Shown piece after piece: positions 34,912 through 43,788 of a DNA stretch of 64,000 bases. Location: positions 23,528 through 87,527 of the forward strand of contig JALFWB010000006.1 in the NCBI GenBank assembly GCA_022787425.1. Reading direction: 5' to 3'. The first letter of the stretch is position 1; each line of letters begins with the position of its first letter. This stretch comes from Akkermansia sp. (GTDB lineage: Bacteria > Verrucomicrobiota > Verrucomicrobiia > Verrucomicrobiales > Akkermansiaceae). The notes under the pieces were generated by a model, which ran no database searches, had not been told where the DNA came from, and was given only the letters and a program-made list of their open reading frames with translations. Made by a program: the position numbers and the translations under genes.

Positions 34912-36743
34912 GGAATGAGTGATTTGATGGAGTTTTTGATGAGGTGAAGTTTTTCCATAAGCTGCTCGCGGGGAGAGAGCTCGGGTTTAGCCGGGGCTTC
35001 TGAGGCAGGCGGGGTTGTCTTTTCCCTGCGCTGAGAAAGCAGGCGACGCAGCTCTTGCCGCAGAATTTGACTGCCCGATGGTACAAAGGCCTCTTTCATC
35101 AGTTTTTTGGGCAAAGGTTTCTTGTTTTCAAAGGCCGTTACGACCTTACGGGCATCCTCCTGAGAAATGGGAGCGACACTCTCCGGCACCTTGCTTCCCG
35201 CCCGCTCTGCAGACGGCTTGAGCCTGCTCATATGCGGGCGCAGGTGGCGCAGGAGCAGCCGCACCACATACGCCTGTTTCCCGGAACCCCGCTTGGCGGA
35301 GGGCTCGGCTGCCGCCTTCTCCGGGGGTGCGGCAGGCACTTCCGGGGCTTGGTAGGCTCGTACTCTGTAACAACGGCGCAGGAGCAACACCCGGTCAGAC
35401 GGATGACTGCTCGGTACAAACCATACCTCTGCCTCCACGCTGAAACTCTTGGTCGAATTGCCTTCTGCAATCACAAACAAAGGAACCCCCTTCGGGAAAT
35501 CTTTCGGCAGCCTGTTGAGGTCCCATTCCTTCGGTGTTATCGTGGGCAGGGCATCTCCCGGTATATCATGTCGGAAGAGCTCCTCGCGGTTCTCGGAGAA
35601 TAGCGCCGGCAACGTCATCTGTTTGTCAATGCCCAAGCTCCTGTCCCTCGAAAAGATTCGCAGGAATAAATTACCCTTCTCTCCGGGGTTGACATAAATT
35701 TCCGCTTGGTAGGCACCGAACTGTCCCGGCGGCTCACAAAGGCTGAAACCGGGCTTGTTGCCGATGATATTCCGCTTGCCCTCCGCGAGCCGATGAATGG
35801 CATCCGCCCCCGGATTATCCGCCGCATCACGCATGCGCTGGTCAAAAGCTGCAATGGCCGCATTCAGTCCCTTGGCTGCATGATCTTTGGCCGATTCACC
35901 GCGCCAAGCAAGCAACAAATAGTAGTTTTCGCCCAGCTCCAGTGCAATATCCGTGCTCACCTGCTTTTCATCCCGCACCTCGCTGAACGGCTCGCCGGGC
36001 TTGGTGCTCAGGAAGCCCTTGGGCAGGTGTTGCCCCGGTGTCAGGCGGCAGAAAGCGGCGTGCACCATATCCGGCCGCTCCGTGCCGGACTGCGGAGCCG
36101 TGAGAACCGGATGCCCCGGTTTGGCGTAGAAAGAGTTATCCTTGGTTGTCACCAGACGGGGAGTAGCCTCAATGATGCTCGTCAGCATGCCGGGAGCCTG
36201 ACTCAGCAAGCGGCGGATATTCGGTATATCCTGCACGCGTTCGCCGGAGAACTGATCCGGCTGAATCTCAATGACCATGGAGGCAGGCCCGTGCAGTTTA
36301 TCAGTCGGTGGGTGGATGACGTCATCCTCCTGAATGGGCGTATCCGGAGCCGGTAGGGTTTCCGGCTTTAAATCGGCCATGATGCAGAGCAGGCAGAACA
36401 CACCGCAGCCGAGGCCCCACAGCACACCCCAGCGCAGTACGCGCCAAATGGCACGCAGGTTGCTCAGCCGACAGAGTAGAATGAGAAACTCCGCTGCAAC
36501 CAGAAAGCAGGAGACGCCGAAGCAGCCCAACAGAACCTGACCGCCGATCTGTGTCGGTGCGTCCCGCCATTCCTCGCCCAGCGAATCCTGCCACAAAATA
36601 GGCACGGTTGCCAGCACTGCCCCGGCAATGCAGACCACATGACTGCCCGTGCCGTAGGACAACAGCTGCTCCCATCGGGAGATCGGCGGCCGCTCCTGTT
36701 GCACTTCCTCCTCTTCCGGGTCGTTTTCTTGGATGGGGGTCAT
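34908..36743 (-). CDS. hypothetical membrane protein (3-4 N-terminal TM helices plus about 450-aa domain, basic tail)
   Basis: Start set at ATG 36743 (MTPIQENDPEEEE), overlapping the upstream stop as ATGA. No recognisable motif. Confidence 0.6.
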   Translation of the reverse strand: MTPIQENDPEEEEVQQERPPISRWEQLLSYGTGSHVVCIAGAVLATVPILWQDSLGEEWRDAPTQIGGQVLLGCFGVSCFLVAAEFLILLCRLSNLRAIWRVLRWGVLWGLGCGVFCLLCIMADLKPETLPAPDTPIQEDDVIHPPTDKLHGPASMVIEIQPDQFSGERVQDIPNIRRLLSQAPGMLTSIIEATPRLVTTKDNSFYAKPGHPVLTAPQSGTERPDMVHAAFCRLTPGQHLPKGFLSTKPGEPFSEVRDEKQVSTDIALELGENYYLLLAWRGESAKDHAAKGLNAAIAAFDQRMRDAADNPGADAIHRLAEGKRNIIGNKPGFSLCEPPGQFGAYQAEIYVNPGEKGNLFLRIFSRDRSLGIDKQMTLPALFSENREELFRHDIPGDALPTITPKEWDLNRLPKDFPKGVPLFVIAEGNSTKSFSVEAEVWFVPSSHPSDRVLLLRRCYRVRAYQAPEVPAAPPEKAAAEPSAKRGSGKQAYVVRLLLRHLRPHMSRLKPSAERAGSKVPESVAPISQEDARKVVTAFENKKPLPKKLMKEAFVPSGSQILRQELRRLLSQRREKTTPPASEAPAKPELSPREQLMEKLHLIKNSIKSLIP

Positions 36744-38194
36744 GGGCGGCGGAACGTATCGGGATGCCGGAGAATGTAGCGGCACATGGCAACAATCGGC
36801 GAGGTGCCGGGCAGCTCCGGATAGGTGGTGAAGGCCGCCGGGTGCGGTGTCTGCTCTGTCTCAGCCTGCCCGGGATCCATGTATTGCTCAACGGCTCGGG
36901 CGTGGCGGGGTAGTTTCAGCAGGCGCAGCGTCTCCGCCGCGCGGGTCAGCTGCTCTGCCGTGGGCTCCGCATCGCTTTGCCGCGCGTCTTCCCGCATGCT
37001 CAGGTAGGCATCTACCCGGAAGAGGTTGGCAAAATTGCCTGCCAAGCCGCTCGGCTCAGGCGTTTCATCCGCCAGCTGACGGGGAGTGGGTAGGCCTTTG
37101 TCTTCCAACAAATGCATCAGAGCCGCCGCCGCCAGGGCCGGGTCATACACCTTGGTGTAGCGGGTCGCGCGCTGCAAGGCCTTGCTGTGGGAGATCGATG
37201 AGTTGAAGAACTCCAGGTCCAACAACAGTGCCATGATGCTGCCTGCTGTGCAGTCGATCATGTCCAGCTCGTTCTCCGGTAGCATTTTCTCCAGCTTGTT
37301 GAGAGCGGCGGAGAGATTGGCGGGCGAAACCTGCCAATGCAGCCCGTGCAGGCAGTGCAGAAGAAGCAGGGGTGTCTCCTCCAGAAAATGCTCACTGTTC
37401 TTCCAGAGCGGCATTTTGTCCACATAGGCCTCCGCCTTGCGGGCATTGGCATTGCGCATGAAATTCAGCGTGGTCAGCATGGCCCACTCCGCCGCATTAC
37501 CCGCAACAGTGTTGAGCCCCAGCAGACGGATGCACTCGCGGTTGTCATCCTCTGTCAGGCGACCGAGCAGTTCCTCGGCCCGCTCGTAGGCGGGCTGCAT
37601 GTAGAGCCGCGTGAAGTAGGGGAGGGAGATCCCGCTCTCCTGCGTGATGCGGCAGCAGCGGGTCATGTAGTCAAAAAAAGCCTTGGAGGTGGGCGGCACC
37701 CGCACCGCCAGCTCTTCCGCATGCAGCAGGCGGCATTTGGTAAGGGACTCAACCAGCTCGGGCAGGGACTGCAGGTACATCATGGCATCGCAGCCTCGGT
37801 CGTTCGTCTTGTAGGCATCCGCCCCTCGGCTCAGCAGCAGGGAAATCGCGGGCGCAACAGCACGCGCTGCCACCTCCGGTGAGGGGGATGTAGCTGCCCG
37901 ACGACACAGCAGCAGCAGGGGGGTATTGCCCTCCGCATCCCGGCAGGCGGGGTCGGCACCCTCCTTCAGCAGCTCCTCGACGCGGGCTACCGGGGCAGTG
38001 GTCTGCGGGTCAATCTCCTGCCCGCAGAGCTCCAGCAGGGCCTCGTCCTCCGGGCTTCTCGGTGCTTCCTCCTGCATCTCCACCGCATCAGCACTCTCCC
38101 CGGTCAGGGCCGTTGTGTCCTCGGCTGCGCGGAGCAGAGGAACCAAGCCGAGGGCCGGCAGCAGACGGCTGATGATGGTGAAAGAAGATACCAT
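36740..38194 (-). CDS. secreted protein with N-terminal ankyrin-like repeats and unknown C-terminal domain
   Basis: Start set at ATG 38194 (MVSSFTIISRLLPALGLVPLLRAAED), 12 nt after TATAGT of a TTGACA-17-TATAGT promoter. EGADPACRDAEGNTPLLLLC and LLSRGADAYKTNDRGCDAMMYL are ankyrin-like. Confidence 0.6.
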   Translation of the reverse strand: MVSSFTIISRLLPALGLVPLLRAAEDTTALTGESADAVEMQEEAPRSPEDEALLELCGQEIDPQTTAPVARVEELLKEGADPACRDAEGNTPLLLLCRRAATSPSPEVAARAVAPAISLLLSRGADAYKTNDRGCDAMMYLQSLPELVESLTKCRLLHAEELAVRVPPTSKAFFDYMTRCCRITQESGISLPYFTRLYMQPAYERAEELLGRLTEDDNRECIRLLGLNTVAGNAAEWAMLTTLNFMRNANARKAEAYVDKMPLWKNSEHFLEETPLLLLHCLHGLHWQVSPANLSAALNKLEKMLPENELDMIDCTAGSIMALLLDLEFFNSSISHSKALQRATRYTKVYDPALAAAALMHLLEDKGLPTPRQLADETPEPSGLAGNFANLFRVDAYLSMREDARQSDAEPTAEQLTRAAETLRLLKLPRHARAVEQYMDPGQAETEQTPHPAAFTTYPELPGTSPIVAMCRYILRHPDTFRRP

Positions 38195-38206
38195 GGTTTC
38201 CCCTCC

Positions 38207-38235
38207 ACTATACAGGATTTTCCGCAGTATGTCAA
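38207..38235 (-). promoter_or_regulatory. promoter of the four-gene envelope operon: TTGACA-17-TATAGT, ATG 12 nt downstream
   Basis: -35 at 38235-38230, -10 at 38212-38207, ATG at 38194. Confidence 0.65.
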
Positions 38236-38275
38236 CCTGCAAAGTGTGCAAAACTGCGGCAGACGCAAATTATCC

Positions 38276-38304
38276 TTGCAAGCCCCGGGCCGGGGGCGTA
38301 AAAT
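38276..38304 (+). promoter_or_regulatory. promoter of adh: TTGCAA-17-TAAAAT, ATG 7 nt downstream
   Basis: -35 at 38276-38281, -10 at 38299-38304, ATG at 38312. Confidence 0.65.
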
Positions 38305-38311
38305 ACGCAGC

Positions 38312-39496
38312 ATGAACCGCACCCCCGTTCCCTTTACCTTTGATGTTCCCACCCGCACGCTTTTCGGCAGCGGCTGTCTGAATTCCCTGCACAAGGAGTC
38401 TCTGCCCGGGCATAAGGCCTTGGTCGTTATTTCCAACGGCACGTCCACCCGCAAACACGGCTACTTGGATCGCACCTTGGCAGAGCTGACTGAGGCGGGA
38501 GTGGAGGCCGCCGTCTTCGACCGCGTGGAGCCCAATCCGCTGAAGGATACGGTGATGGCAGGCGCGGCTGCTGCCCGCGAGCATGCCTGTGACTTCATCG
38601 TGGCCTTGGGTGGCGGCAGCTGCATGGATGCCGCAAAAGCCATCGCGCTGATGTCCACCAATGAGGGCGACCTGTGGGATTATGTGCTCTTCGGCACCGG
38701 CAAGCGCATGACGCCCGCAAACGCCCCGCTGCCCTTGGTAGCCATCACCACCACGGCCGGTACAGGCTCCGAGACGGATGCCGGCGGCGTAATCACCAAC
38801 CCCGAGACGCACGAGAAGACCGCCGTGTTCGGCTATGGTCTTTTCCCCAAGCTGGCGGTGGTGGACCCGGAGTTGATGTGCTCCGTGCCGCCGAAGTTCA
38901 CGGCTTTCCAGGGCTTCGATGCCCTCTTCCACAGCACGGAGGGCTACATTGCCTCCACGCGCAATTTGGTGAGCGAGATGTTCAGCATTACGGCCATTGA
39001 GAACGTTGGCCTCAGTCTGGCTGCCACGGTGCGGGACGGGGCCGACCTGCCGAGCCGCGAGCGCATGGCATTCGCCAACTGGCTCTCCGGCGTGCAGATG
39101 GTAGTGGGGTGCTGCACGAGCGAGCACTCCCTGGAGCATGCGCTCTCTGCCTTCCACCAGGAGCTGCCGCACGGCGCGGGTCTCATCATGATCAGCTTGG
39201 CCTACTACTCCCACTTCATTCGGCGGGGGTGCTGCCCGGAGCGCTTCGTGCGTATGGCTCAGGCCTTGGGGAAGACGGATGCCGCGCAGCCCATGGACTT
39301 CATCACGGCTCTGCATGACCTGCAACAGGCCTGCGGCGTGGCGGATCTCCGCATGAGCGACTACGGCATCACGCCCGATGAATTCCCGGCGATGGCGCAG
39401 AATGCCATGGATGCCATGGGCTTCCTCTTTGTCAATGACCCCGCTCCGCTCACCTTGGAGGACTGCGTGCAGATTTACCGCGAATCCTACAGATAA
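38312..39496 (+). CDS. iron-containing alcohol dehydrogenase
   Basis: GGGSCMDAAKAIA, TTAGTGSE and the His-rich metal site (HSLEHALSAFHQELPHGAG) of Fe-ADH. ATG 38312 lies 7 nt after TAAAAT of a TTGCAA-17-TAAAAT promoter. Confidence 0.9.
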   Translation: MNRTPVPFTFDVPTRTLFGSGCLNSLHKESLPGHKALVVISNGTSTRKHGYLDRTLAELTEAGVEAAVFDRVEPNPLKDTVMAGAAAAREHACDFIVALGGGSCMDAAKAIALMSTNEGDLWDYVLFGTGKRMTPANAPLPLVAITTTAGTGSETDAGGVITNPETHEKTAVFGYGLFPKLAVVDPELMCSVPPKFTAFQGFDALFHSTEGYIASTRNLVSEMFSITAIENVGLSLAATVRDGADLPSRERMAFANWLSGVQMVVGCCTSEHSLEHALSAFHQELPHGAGLIMISLAYYSHFIRRGCCPERFVRMAQALGKTDAAQPMDFITALHDLQQACGVADLRMSDYGITPDEFPAMAQNAMDAMGFLFVNDPAPLTLEDCVQIYRESYR

Positions 39497-39502
39497 ATCG
39501 GC

Positions 39503-40486
39503 ATGAAGACGACATGGATGTGCTTGTGCCTGCTGTCGGCAACGGCAGCAGGCGGGGCTGAGGAGCGGGTGCAGCTGCAACTGCGGGAGGGCGCACAACT
39601 GACCTTGGTGGCGGAGACCTGTGAGCAAACGCAGGAGCCCGCCCCTGCGGAGGGTCTGTGTACCTATAGGGGAACTCTCTGCTTCGGTACCCGCACAGAC
39701 CCGCCTGCGCGCGTGCTCACCAAGGCTACGCTGGTGGTGGATGGTGTCAGCGTGCCGCTGGATGTGGCGGGTCTGGCCAATCCTTGGAATGACCCGAAGG
39801 AGATGACAGCCCGTGCCTGCCGACTTCAGGAGGCAGAGCTCGGGGACGGCTCCCGCAGCTATGAGCTGAGCCTCGGCTTCTTTAAGGGGGAGCCGGAGGA
39901 TTACTTGGTGGTGTGGCGAGTGCTCGGCGACCATTCTCTGCGCACGGGTGTGAATTATGTGGGTGACCACTACCCCGTGTGGTACAGTGGGGAAGATGAT
40001 ACCGAGGCTGAGTGTCCCGACCCCATGCGCATGAGCCTGCGCTATCGCAAGGGCTGGCAGTTCCGCGTGACCTTCACGAACCAAACGAAGCAGCCGCTGC
40101 GCCTGATGCCGCCGCTGCAAGGTGCTGCTTCCTGCGGGGTGCTCGGTCTGTACGCAATGGACCCGACCGGGGCGGAGCTGCGCTTTGTGTACAAAGGAAA
40201 GGCGGACGCAGCGTCCACGCCGGAGCCCCGCACCCTGGCCCCCGGTAAGTCGGTTTCCTTTGACGTGAACCTAGCGGATGGTAACTGGATTTGGCCGAGT
40301 GCTCTCCCCCTGTACAAGCCTTACGAGGTTTATGCCGAGTACAACTGCCCATCGACGGACCCCGACCGCCACTGGGGCGGCACACTGCGTTCCTTCCCGG
40401 CTCTGGTGGCGCCTAAGGAGGGTGAAATCCCGCAGGAGTGCCTTCGCTGGGCTCGTGTGCCCGATGCGGCTGACGGTAAGCCGTGA
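39503..40486 (+). CDS. hypothetical secreted protein
   Basis: 327 aa with signal peptide MKTTWMCLCLLSATAAGGA. Starts 6 nt after the adh stop. No recognisable motif. Confidence 0.55.
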   Translation: MKTTWMCLCLLSATAAGGAEERVQLQLREGAQLTLVAETCEQTQEPAPAEGLCTYRGTLCFGTRTDPPARVLTKATLVVDGVSVPLDVAGLANPWNDPKEMTARACRLQEAELGDGSRSYELSLGFFKGEPEDYLVVWRVLGDHSLRTGVNYVGDHYPVWYSGEDDTEAECPDPMRMSLRYRKGWQFRVTFTNQTKQPLRLMPPLQGAASCGVLGLYAMDPTGAELRFVYKGKADAASTPEPRTLAPGKSVSFDVNLADGNWIWPSALPLYKPYEVYAEYNCPSTDPDRHWGGTLRSFPALVAPKEGEIPQECLRWARVPDAADGKP

Positions 40487-40493
40487 AAAGCGC

Positions 40494-40522
40494 TTGCATT
40501 TGTTGCCTCCCTTTGTTATAAT
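40494..40522 (+). promoter_or_regulatory. promoter of the Sel1 lipoprotein gene: TTGCAT-17-TATAAT (TGt), ATG 7 nt downstream
   Basis: -35 at 40494-40499, -10 at 40517-40522, ATG at 40530. Confidence 0.7.
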
Positions 40523-40529
40523 TCCTGCC

Positions 40530-42224
40530 ATGAAGCTTGAGCTCCCCCTGTTGTTGGCCGGGGCCTTGGTGTTCTCGTCCTGCAAGGATGAGAAACCGGC
40601 TCCCGCCGAGTCCGCTCCCGCAGAAAAGCCGGCGGCTCCCGCTGCGCCCGAGGCTCGTCCGGAGACACCGCCCGCTGCCCCATCTTCCGAAGCTGCCCCC
40701 GAGCCGGAATCGGCTCCGGCCGAGTCTGTCGCCGAGCCTGTCGCAGAACCCGCTTCCGAGCCTGTCGCAGAACCGGCGCCTGCTGAAACCACGGCTCCCG
40801 CCGAGACTCCGGAAGATCCCGCCATCTGCAGTGCATCCGTGCCGTCTCTGGAGAGCTCTCTGCCTGCCGAACCCGCTCCGGCAGCCACCCCCATGCCGGA
40901 TACAGAGCCGGACCTGGCACCGGATCCCGCCGCTCAGACTGCAGCCTTGGCCGCCGAGTTGGACCGCATGCTCCGCGAGAATGACGAGGATTTCTTCAAG
41001 GTGGCCGAGATGCTCACGAAGAACACGGGTAACTGGATCAGCATGGACGGCGTGCTCGCCGCTGCTGCCGAGCGCGGGGAGCCTGTCTCTCAGTACTGGA
41101 CGGCTAAGCGGGAGCTCGATAAGCGGGAGAAGAAGGGGAGTGTCTCCCTACCGGGACCGGATTTTGCAAAGGCACTCAAGTTGTTCCGTGCCTCAGCGGA
41201 GCGTGGGTATTTGCCCGCCTCCATTGCGTGTGCCAACCTCATCGGGGGCGGACTGGGCTGTGAGCCCAATCGTGAGGAGGCCCTCCGCTACCTGCAGGAT
41301 GCCTGCAAGAAGGGCAGTGCCCGTGCCCGCGCTATTTACATGATGATCAGCGGGCGTCTCGAGTCGGGGAAATTCGACACGCCGGAGATGAAATTCGAGC
41401 TGGATCGCGGTAACTACTTTTTGGAGGAGCTGGTGGCGGATTACTATGCCGCGCAGCAGGACAGAGCAAAGCATGTGGAATGGCTGAAGCGTGCTTCGCG
41501 CAACGGAAGTGCCTCGGCAGCTTTCCGCTTGGCCCTCATCTTCTCTGCGGAGAATAGCGATGACTTGTCTGAGGACCCGGCCCCCTATCTGCAGCTGGCA
41601 ACGGAGCGTCACTGGCCGGAGGCTCTCTGCCTGTCCGGTAAAATTGCCGCAGGGCAGGGAGACGCGGCGCGGACTGTGGACTTGCTGGCCGCAGCCGCGC
41701 AGCTCGGCTCCGGGGAGGCTTGTCGCATTCTGGCGGAGATCTGCGGGGAGAACGGTGGCGTGGGCATCACTCCGGAGTTGATCGAGAGCCTGCTGCAGCG
41801 TTCCTTTGAGCTGGGCGATGTGAACGGCATGGCCGACTATGCCTACTGCCGGGTGTTGGCTGCGGCGTCTCCGGAGGAGGCTCAGAAGTGGCTCGATCTT
41901 CTGCAGGAGGCAGCGGACGCCTCGTCCGTCTCTGCCTACAAGGCACTCGCCTCGCTCCATTATAACGGCGCACCCGGGGTGGAGCCTAACCTGCGTCGGG
42001 CGGTGTACTTCCTGGGCGAGGCCCGTTCGTTGGGCTATGTGCAGGCGGATGCGATCATCGCGGCCATCACGGCTCTGGGTTGCAAGGGGGCGGAGCCGGA
42101 TGCCGACCGCGCTGCCTCCTACCTCAAGCTCGCGGTGAAGCAGGTGCCCATGGCGCAACAGTGGTATGACAGCTTGGTGCAGGAAAAGGGCTGGTCTTTC
42201 CTCCGGTATGTCATAAAGAAGTGA
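40530..42224 (+). CDS. Sel1/TPR-like repeat lipoprotein with Pro/Ala/Glu-rich linker
   Basis: MKLELPLLLAGALVFSSC lipobox. About 110 aa of PAE-rich linker, then repeated A..W...AA..G...A Sel1-like units. ATG 40530 lies 7 nt after TATAAT of a TTGCAT-17-TATAAT promoter. Confidence 0.8.
   Translation: MKLELPLLLAGALVFSSCKDEKPAPAESAPAEKPAAPAAPEARPETPPAAPSSEAAPEPESAPAESVAEPVAEPASEPVAEPAPAETTAPAETPEDPAICSASVPSLESSLPAEPAPAATPMPDTEPDLAPDPAAQTAALAAELDRMLRENDEDFFKVAEMLTKNTGNWISMDGVLAAAAERGEPVSQYWTAKRELDKREKKGSVSLPGPDFAKALKLFRASAERGYLPASIACANLIGGGLGCEPNREEALRYLQDACKKGSARARAIYMMISGRLESGKFDTPEMKFELDRGNYFLEELVADYYAAQQDRAKHVEWLKRASRNGSASAAFRLALIFSAENSDDLSEDPAPYLQLATERHWPEALCLSGKIAAGQGDAARTVDLLAAAAQLGSGEACRILAEICGENGGVGITPELIESLLQRSFELGDVNGMADYAYCRVLAAASPEEAQKWLDLLQEAADASSVSAYKALASLHYNGAPGVEPNLRRAVYFLGEARSLGYVQADAIIAAITALGCKGAEPDADRAASYLKLAVKQVPMAQQWYDSLVQEKGWSFLRYVIKK
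40734..40774 (+). repeat. short in-frame tandem repeat in the Pro/Ala/Glu linker of the Sel1 lipoprotein
   Basis: GAGCCTGTCGCAGAACC occurs at 40734-40750 and 40758-40774 (24-nt period), encoding EPVAEP twice. Confidence 0.6.
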
Positions 42225-42232
42225 GTCGATTC

Positions 42233-42261
42233 TTGCTTATCACCTCTTCTTCTGTTATAAT
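42233..42261 (+). promoter_or_regulatory. promoter of dapF-aroK: TTGCTT-17-TATAAT (TGt), ATG 9 nt downstream
   Basis: -35 at 42233-42238, -10 at 42256-42261, ATG at 42271. Confidence 0.7.
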
Positions 42262-42270
42262 TCGCCCGCT

Positions 42271-43110
42271 ATGGAACTGAAATTCATTAAGATGACCGGT
42301 GCCGGCAACGACTTCGTGATGGTCGACAACCGGGATTTGTCGTTCAGCGAGCTCCTGACTCGCGAAAGAATCGCTGCCTTTTGTGACCGCCGCTTCGGTA
42401 TCGGTGCCGATGGCTTGATTGCCGCAGAGCCTGCTCAGGCGGGTGGTGATGTGCGCATGCGCTATTATAACTCTGATGGCGGGGAGGCCGAGATGTGCGG
42501 CAATGGTGCCCGCTGTTTTACGGCCTTCTACAGTCTGCTGTCGGAGAGCGAGGTGTCGGAGGTGACTTTCGAGACGATGGCCGGCTTGGTGAAGGGTGTC
42601 ATCAATGATGACGGTTCTGTTACCATTCAGCTCACCGCTCCCAAGGATATGAAGCTCAACGCCTTGGCTGCTTCCGAGACGGTTCCCGCTCCCGTGCATT
42701 TTATCAACACCGGTGTGCCGCATGCCGTGGCTTTCCTGCCCTCGGTGAAGGATATCGATATCCGCCGCTGTGGGGCTTTCCTGCGCTACCACGAGGCTTT
42801 CGCGCCCGCCGGTACGAATGCTAACTTTGCGACTGTGCTCGCTCCGCAGCATTTGCAGCTGCGCACTTATGAGCGCGGGGTGGAGGATGAGACGCTGGCC
42901 TGCGGTACCGGGATGACGGCAACGGCTCTGTTGCACGCTGCTCTTACCGGCGCGCCTTCGCCCATCAGCCTCGATGTGGCGGGCGGTGATACCCTGTCCG
43001 TGGCGTTCACCCGTACCCCGGATGGTGGCTTTACCGATGTGACCCTCACCGGCCCGGCTGAGGTTGTCTTCCTCGGCAGCATTCTCTGTGGTGACGACGA
43101 GGAGGATTGA
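42271..43110 (+). CDS. dapF: diaminopimelate epimerase
   Basis: FIKMTGAGNDFVMVD, the catalytic Cys motifs MCGNGARCF and ACGTGMTA, and 279 aa. Confidence 0.95.
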   Translation: MELKFIKMTGAGNDFVMVDNRDLSFSELLTRERIAAFCDRRFGIGADGLIAAEPAQAGGDVRMRYYNSDGGEAEMCGNGARCFTAFYSLLSESEVSEVTFETMAGLVKGVINDDGSVTIQLTAPKDMKLNALAASETVPAPVHFINTGVPHAVAFLPSVKDIDIRRCGAFLRYHEAFAPAGTNANFATVLAPQHLQLRTYERGVEDETLACGTGMTATALLHAALTGAPSPISLDVAGGDTLSVAFTRTPDGGFTDVTLTGPAEVVFLGSILCGDDEED

Positions 43111-43114
43111 GCCC

Positions 43115-43678
43115 ATGCGTGACGCTGTTCCGGCTTCTCGCTTCAAGCACCCCATCATCCTCATCGGGTTGATGGGGTGCGGCAAGTCTACCATCGGTCG
43201 TGAGCTCAGTAAGCTGACCGGGCTCCCGCTCTTGGACACGGACTTGGTCATCGAGGAGCAGCTCGGTAAGTCGATACCGGATATTTTCGCCGAATTCGGT
43301 GAGGCTCGTTTCCGTGCGTTGGAGACCGCTCTCCTCCGCTACTTGGCTGACCGCAGTTCCGCTCCGGATAAGCGGAATTGCATCATTTCTACCGGCGGCG
43401 GTATCGTCCTCAAGCCGGAGAATCGCACTATCCTCCGCTCTCTCGGTTTCGTCGTCTGGCTCAATGTCGACGTTCCTGCCCTTCTGGCCCGCACGGCTCG
43501 CGCTAACAATCGACCTCTCCTTCATAACGCCGACCGCGCCGCCACGCTCACTTCCTTACTCCTGCGCCGCCGTCCCCTCTACGAGGCCACGGCTCACATG
43601 CGCCTCAACACGACCGACACGGACATTCCTACAGTGACGCGGGAAATCATCCACGCGGCGAAACTCTTTTACTCCTGA
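43115..43678 (+). CDS. aroK: shikimate kinase
   Basis: Walker A GLMGCGKSTIG, LLDTD, and FRALE...STGGG pattern. Start set at ATG 43115, 4 nt after the dapF stop. Confidence 0.9.
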   Translation: MRDAVPASRFKHPIILIGLMGCGKSTIGRELSKLTGLPLLDTDLVIEEQLGKSIPDIFAEFGEARFRALETALLRYLADRSSAPDKRNCIISTGGGIVLKPENRTILRSLGFVVWLNVDVPALLARTARANNRPLLHNADRAATLTSLLLRRRPLYEATAHMRLNTTDTDIPTVTREIIHAAKLFYS

Positions 43679-43788
43679 GCTTGTTCCATTCCCCGAGCGG
43701 GCAGCCTCTGTTGCAGTGGAGCACCCCCCCGGACTCGGAACCAATAAGACTTCCTGCCGCCGTGGTGATAGGGGGCGTCTTTTGGGGT

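Noticed and set aside
38270-40120. 616-aa ORF on the - strand
   Set aside because: It is antisense to the Fe-ADH gene (strong motifs) and the following secreted-protein gene. It has shadow-ORF composition.
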